A stretch of DNA of 64,000 bases, taken from the NCBI GenBank assembly GCA_050174015.1, contig JBFXKG010000006.1, forward strand, positions 32,001-96,000, in the 5' to 3' direction. Below the pieces are notes generated by a model, which made no database searches, was not told the origin of the DNA, and saw nothing but the letters and a program-made list of their open reading frames with translations. Position numbers and translations under genes: made by a program. Origin of the DNA: Candidatus Krumholzibacteriia bacterium (GTDB lineage: Bacteria; Krumholzibacteriota; Krumholzibacteriia; LZORAL124-64-63). Positions 60,861 through 64,000 of the stretch are shown piece after piece. Each line of letters opens with the position of its first letter. Positions within the stretch are counted from its first letter, which is position 1.

Positions 60861-61030
60861 TGAACTGCTCCCTGGATTTCTGATGGATCAGCATGGATCT
60901 GATGCACCATCGTACCACAGCCTAATAATTCCAACAAGATGTTCTTGAAAAGCACCCGAAATCAGACGCTTTTCCGGGCCCGTCCCGGGTCGCGGGAGCC
61001 GCGGGATCCCACAGGAACACCGTCCGGCCT

Positions 61031-61939
61031 TCAGGGGATCATCATCCCCTCGAGGACGGCCTTGCGCCTGGCGTAGGCCTCATCGGTCACCGCCATCAGG
61101 CCCTCGACGCTGAACCCCTCGGGACAGAAGCTGGCCGTCACCGTCCCGTCGAGCATGGCCCTCCGGAAGACCTCGTCGCCGTCCCCGCGGGTGGCGCCGG
61201 CCTCGGCCAGGCTGCCCATGAAGCCCCCGGCGAAGCTGTCCCCCGCTCCCGTCGGATCGACCACGTCGTCGAGGATGATGGCCGGCACGGCCAGGACCGA
61301 ATCCCGGCCGAAGAACAGGGCGCCGTGCTCGCCCTTCTTGATGATCACGCGTCCGGGACCCATGGCGGCGATGGCGGCGGCGGCGCGGGCGAGACTGCGC
61401 TCGCCCGTCAACATCCGGGCCTCGCCGTCGTTGACCAGCAGGACGTCGACCCGGGCCAGGACCTCCAGCAGCTGGGGCCGGGTGGTCTCGATCCAGAGGT
61501 TCATGGTGTCCAGCGCCACGAGGCCGGGACCGGCGACGAGGTCCAGCACCTGGGCCTGAAGGGTCGGGTGGATGTTGGCCAGGAAGATGTATTCGCTGTC
61601 CAGCCAGTCCCCTGGAATCTCCGGCTGGAAATCGGCGAAGACTCCCAGCTCGGTGGCCAGGGTGTCCCGCTCGATCATGTCGGCATGGTAACGTCCGGAC
61701 CAGTGGAAGCTCGCCCCGGGACGGCGGACGATGCCGGCGGTCCGCGCTCCGGCGCTCCGGATCAATTCCAGGTCGGACTCCCGGAAGTCGTCGCCGACCA
61801 CTCCCACGCAGCGGACGGGGCCCCGGCCGCGGGCGGCCACGGCGAAGAAGCTCGCGCTCCCGCCGAGCTGGCGTTCCCTGCGTTCGCGGGTCGTCTCGAC
61901 GGTGTCGTAGGCCACGGATCCGACAACGAGAATCGCCAT
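61031..61939 (-). CDS. PfkB-family carbohydrate kinase
   Basis: VGSVAYD, GGSASF, DPTGAGDSFAGG. Confidence 0.93.
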   Translation of the reverse strand: MAILVVGSVAYDTVETTRERRERQLGGSASFFAVAARGRGPVRCVGVVGDDFRESDLELIRSAGARTAGIVRRPGASFHWSGRYHADMIERDTLATELGVFADFQPEIPGDWLDSEYIFLANIHPTLQAQVLDLVAGPGLVALDTMNLWIETTRPQLLEVLARVDVLLVNDGEARMLTGERSLARAAAAIAAMGPGRVIIKKGEHGALFFGRDSVLAVPAIILDDVVDPTGAGDSFAGGFMGSLAEAGATRGDGDEVFRRAMLDGTVTASFCPEGFSVEGLMAVTDEAYARRKAVLEGMMIP

Positions 61940-61940
61940 C

Positions 61941-63683
61941 TCAAACCTTCTTTTCCCCGGTTTCCGGCAGATCGATTCCGATCAGGTCGGCCACGACCCG
62001 GATCACCCGCCGGGTCAGGAGGCTCAGGTGGAGCTGGGCCGTCCGCCGGTCCTCCTTGGCGGCGAGGATGCCCTGGCACTGGTCATGGCACTGGTTGTAG
62101 AGGCCGGCGATCTCCTGGAGATAGGCCGTCAGGCGGGCAGGCTCCCGGTGCTCGGCCGCCGAGATGATGATCCTGGGCAGCCGGACCAGTTCCCGGACGA
62201 GGTTCCACTCGCTCTCGGATTCGAGGTTGCCGAGGGTCTCCGCCGTGGGCTCGAGCAGCTCGATCCGCCGGGACTCCGCTTCCTGGAAGAAACCGCAGAT
62301 CCGGGCGTGGGCCGACCTGATCCTCGAAAGGGGGTTGACGTCGGACGGATCCCGGGCCAGGTCCAGATCGAATTCCAGCGTGCTGTTCGGCTTGCGGGTC
62401 AGGAAGAAGAACTTCGCGGCATCGGCGCCGACTTCGTCCACCAGCGCGTCCATGGTCACGACCTGGCCCTTGCGGCGCGAGGCGTCCAGGGGCCGTCCGT
62501 CCTGCAGGAAGGATACCTGCTCCACGATCTGGATCTCCAGCCATTCCGGCCAGACCCCCAGCGCGGCCATGGCCCCGGCCAGACGCTGGATGTAGCCGTG
62601 GTGATCGGGGCCCCAGAAGTCGATGGCGTGCTCGAAGCCGCGCTGGAACTTGTGGAAGTGGTAGGCGATGTCCGCCATGAAGTAGGTCGGCGTGCCGTCG
62701 GACCGGACCACGACGCGGTCCTGCTCGTCCCCGTAGTCGGTGGCCCGGAACCAGGTCGCCCCGTCCCGGACGAACACGGCCCCCTGCTTGGTCAGCCGGT
62801 CGAGGGCCCGCTCGATCCTCTTGGTCTCGTGCAGTTCCGACTCGAAATACCAGGTCTCGAACCGAAGCCCGAACCGGCGGCAGGTCTGGCGCTGCCAGCC
62901 GAGGATCCGCATCAGGGCGAACTTGGCGAAACAGCGGACCGACTCGTCCTCGGGCAGGGCGCTCCATTGCCGGGCGTCGCCGGGAGGGGCCTGGATCCGC
63001 TGGAAGCTCTCGTCGTTGAAGGCGGAGGAGGCCTTCTGGACGCCCTGGCTGTCGAGTCCCAGGAGTTCTCCCGCCATGATCTCCATGTAACGGCCGCGGT
63101 AGGCGTCGTCGGGGAATTCGACCTCCTCCCCGATCAGCTTCATGAAATGGGCCCGCAGGGAGCGTCCCAGGAGCTGCACCTGGAGACCCGCGTCGTTGAC
63201 GTAGTACTCGGCGTGGGCGTCGTAGCCCACCGCCTCCAGGAGCCTCACCAGGCACATGCCGAAGGCGCCGGCCCGGGCGGAGACGGCGGTCAGGGGACCG
63301 GTGGGATTGGCGCTGATGAACTCGACGTTGATGCGCTTGTTGCCGCCGGTGCGGATCCGTTCCAGGGCGCCGTCGGCTCGCCAGAGGTCGAGCAGCATCT
63401 CGATCTGGTGGCCGCGTGAGATGCGGAAGTTGATGAAGCCGGGCCCGGCGATCTCCACCGAATGGATCACCGAGCGGGGCAGGTGAACCTCGGCGGCGAT
63501 GACTCCCGCCAGCTCACGGGGCTTGCGGTCGAGGCGCCCGCCCAGGACCAGGGCCAGGTTGGTGCTCAGGTCCCCGTGGCTGCGGTCGCGGGGCTTTTCC
63601 AGCTGGATGTCCAGGTCGTCGTCGAACACCCCGATCTTTTCCAGGGCGGCCAGCAGACCCTTCCGCAGCAGATCCTCGACCAT
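61941..63683 (-). CDS. argS: Arginyl-tRNA synthetase-like protein (degenerate catalytic and anticodon motifs)
   Basis: HGDLSTN, GPGFINF, SANPTGP, EYYVNDAG, TYFMADIAYH, GPDHHGY, AHARI. Confidence 0.8.
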   Translation of the reverse strand: MVEDLLRKGLLAALEKIGVFDDDLDIQLEKPRDRSHGDLSTNLALVLGGRLDRKPRELAGVIAAEVHLPRSVIHSVEIAGPGFINFRISRGHQIEMLLDLWRADGALERIRTGGNKRINVEFISANPTGPLTAVSARAGAFGMCLVRLLEAVGYDAHAEYYVNDAGLQVQLLGRSLRAHFMKLIGEEVEFPDDAYRGRYMEIMAGELLGLDSQGVQKASSAFNDESFQRIQAPPGDARQWSALPEDESVRCFAKFALMRILGWQRQTCRRFGLRFETWYFESELHETKRIERALDRLTKQGAVFVRDGATWFRATDYGDEQDRVVVRSDGTPTYFMADIAYHFHKFQRGFEHAIDFWGPDHHGYIQRLAGAMAALGVWPEWLEIQIVEQVSFLQDGRPLDASRRKGQVVTMDALVDEVGADAAKFFFLTRKPNSTLEFDLDLARDPSDVNPLSRIRSAHARICGFFQEAESRRIELLEPTAETLGNLESESEWNLVRELVRLPRIIISAAEHREPARLTAYLQEIAGLYNQCHDQCQGILAAKEDRRTAQLHLSLLTRRVIRVVADLIGIDLPETGEKKV

Positions 63684-63695
63684 GACGCAGGTCCC

Positions 63696-64000
63696 TCAGG
63701 ATGCCGGGCCGGAGCCGGGCTGGGGCGGCGGGACGATCCCCGGATGGCGTCCGGAGACCTCGGGGGATGCGAACCAGGACGGGTCGAGATCGAGCCGGCC
63801 GGCATCTCCCCAGAGCCGTTCCAGCTGGTAGTAACGACGGGACTCGGGATGGAAGACGTGGACCACGACGTCGAAGAAATCGATCAGGACCCAGCGGCCG
63901 TCGTCCATGCCCTCGATCCCCTTGGCGCGGTGCCCGGCATCCAGCAGCTTGCTCTGCAGGTTGCGGGCGAGCGCCTTGACCTGGACGTCGGAATTCCCCT
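63696..64000 (-). CDS. rsfS: Ribosome silencing factor, C-terminal part (runs off the window end)
   Basis: SDVQVKALA...WVLIDFFDVVVHVF...RRYYQLERLWGDA. Confidence 0.93.
   Translation of the reverse strand, partial: GNSDVQVKALARNLQSKLLDAGHRAKGIEGMDDGRWVLIDFFDVVVHVFHPESRRYYQLERLWGDAGRLDLDPSWFASPEVSGRHPGIVPPPQPGSGPAS

Noticed and set aside
60903..60917. Minus-strand TGGTACGATGGTGCA as a sigma54 promoter
   Set aside because: GG-to-GC spacing is 9 nt, not the required 10

Overview
High-GC bacterial core-genome window with about 59 protein-coding genes and no recognisable rRNA, tRNA, CRISPR array, IS element or prophage. It comes from a diderm organism. The SprA/Sov homologue, the region-1.1-less RpoD-type sigma factor and the Bacteroidota-type glutaminyl-cyclase-like M28 protein suggest an FCB-group lineage (inference). 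Left part: valS (partial), a PDZ-TM-GAF-SpoIIE phosphatase, tlpA/dsbD, a sigma70, a CheY-like regulator, uppP, an MglA-like protein, sprA plus M28, and lptFG. Middle: a long minus-strand run rplU-rpmA-kdsB-pyrG-kdsA-kdsC-kdsD, then lpxL-like-lptC-lptB-rpoN-hpf-hprK-mannose-family PTS-HPr-EI-PGI/PMI-nucleotidyltransferase-metK. Right part: trxB, folE, nfnAB, purN, NUDIX, lnt, a sigma54 activator, purM, pfkB, an ArgRS-like gene and rsfS (partial). Most unusual signals: (1) a 22-codon ORF or small RNA, too short for the ORF track, with its own IHF site, sigma54 site, two sigma28-like sites and terminator; (2) an ArgRS-like protein that keeps the arginine pocket but has lost the HIGH, KMSK, anticodon and C-terminal Met determinants; (3) a sharply bounded AT-rich, in-frame block of about 0.9 kb inside sprA; (4) sprA abutting a glutaminyl-cyclase-like gene, with Gln at +1 of several secreted proteins; (5) a dense set of sigma54 and sigma28-like promoters, including a sigma54 site ahead of the rpoN operon. 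All calls are by-eye motif recognition; no database searches were run.
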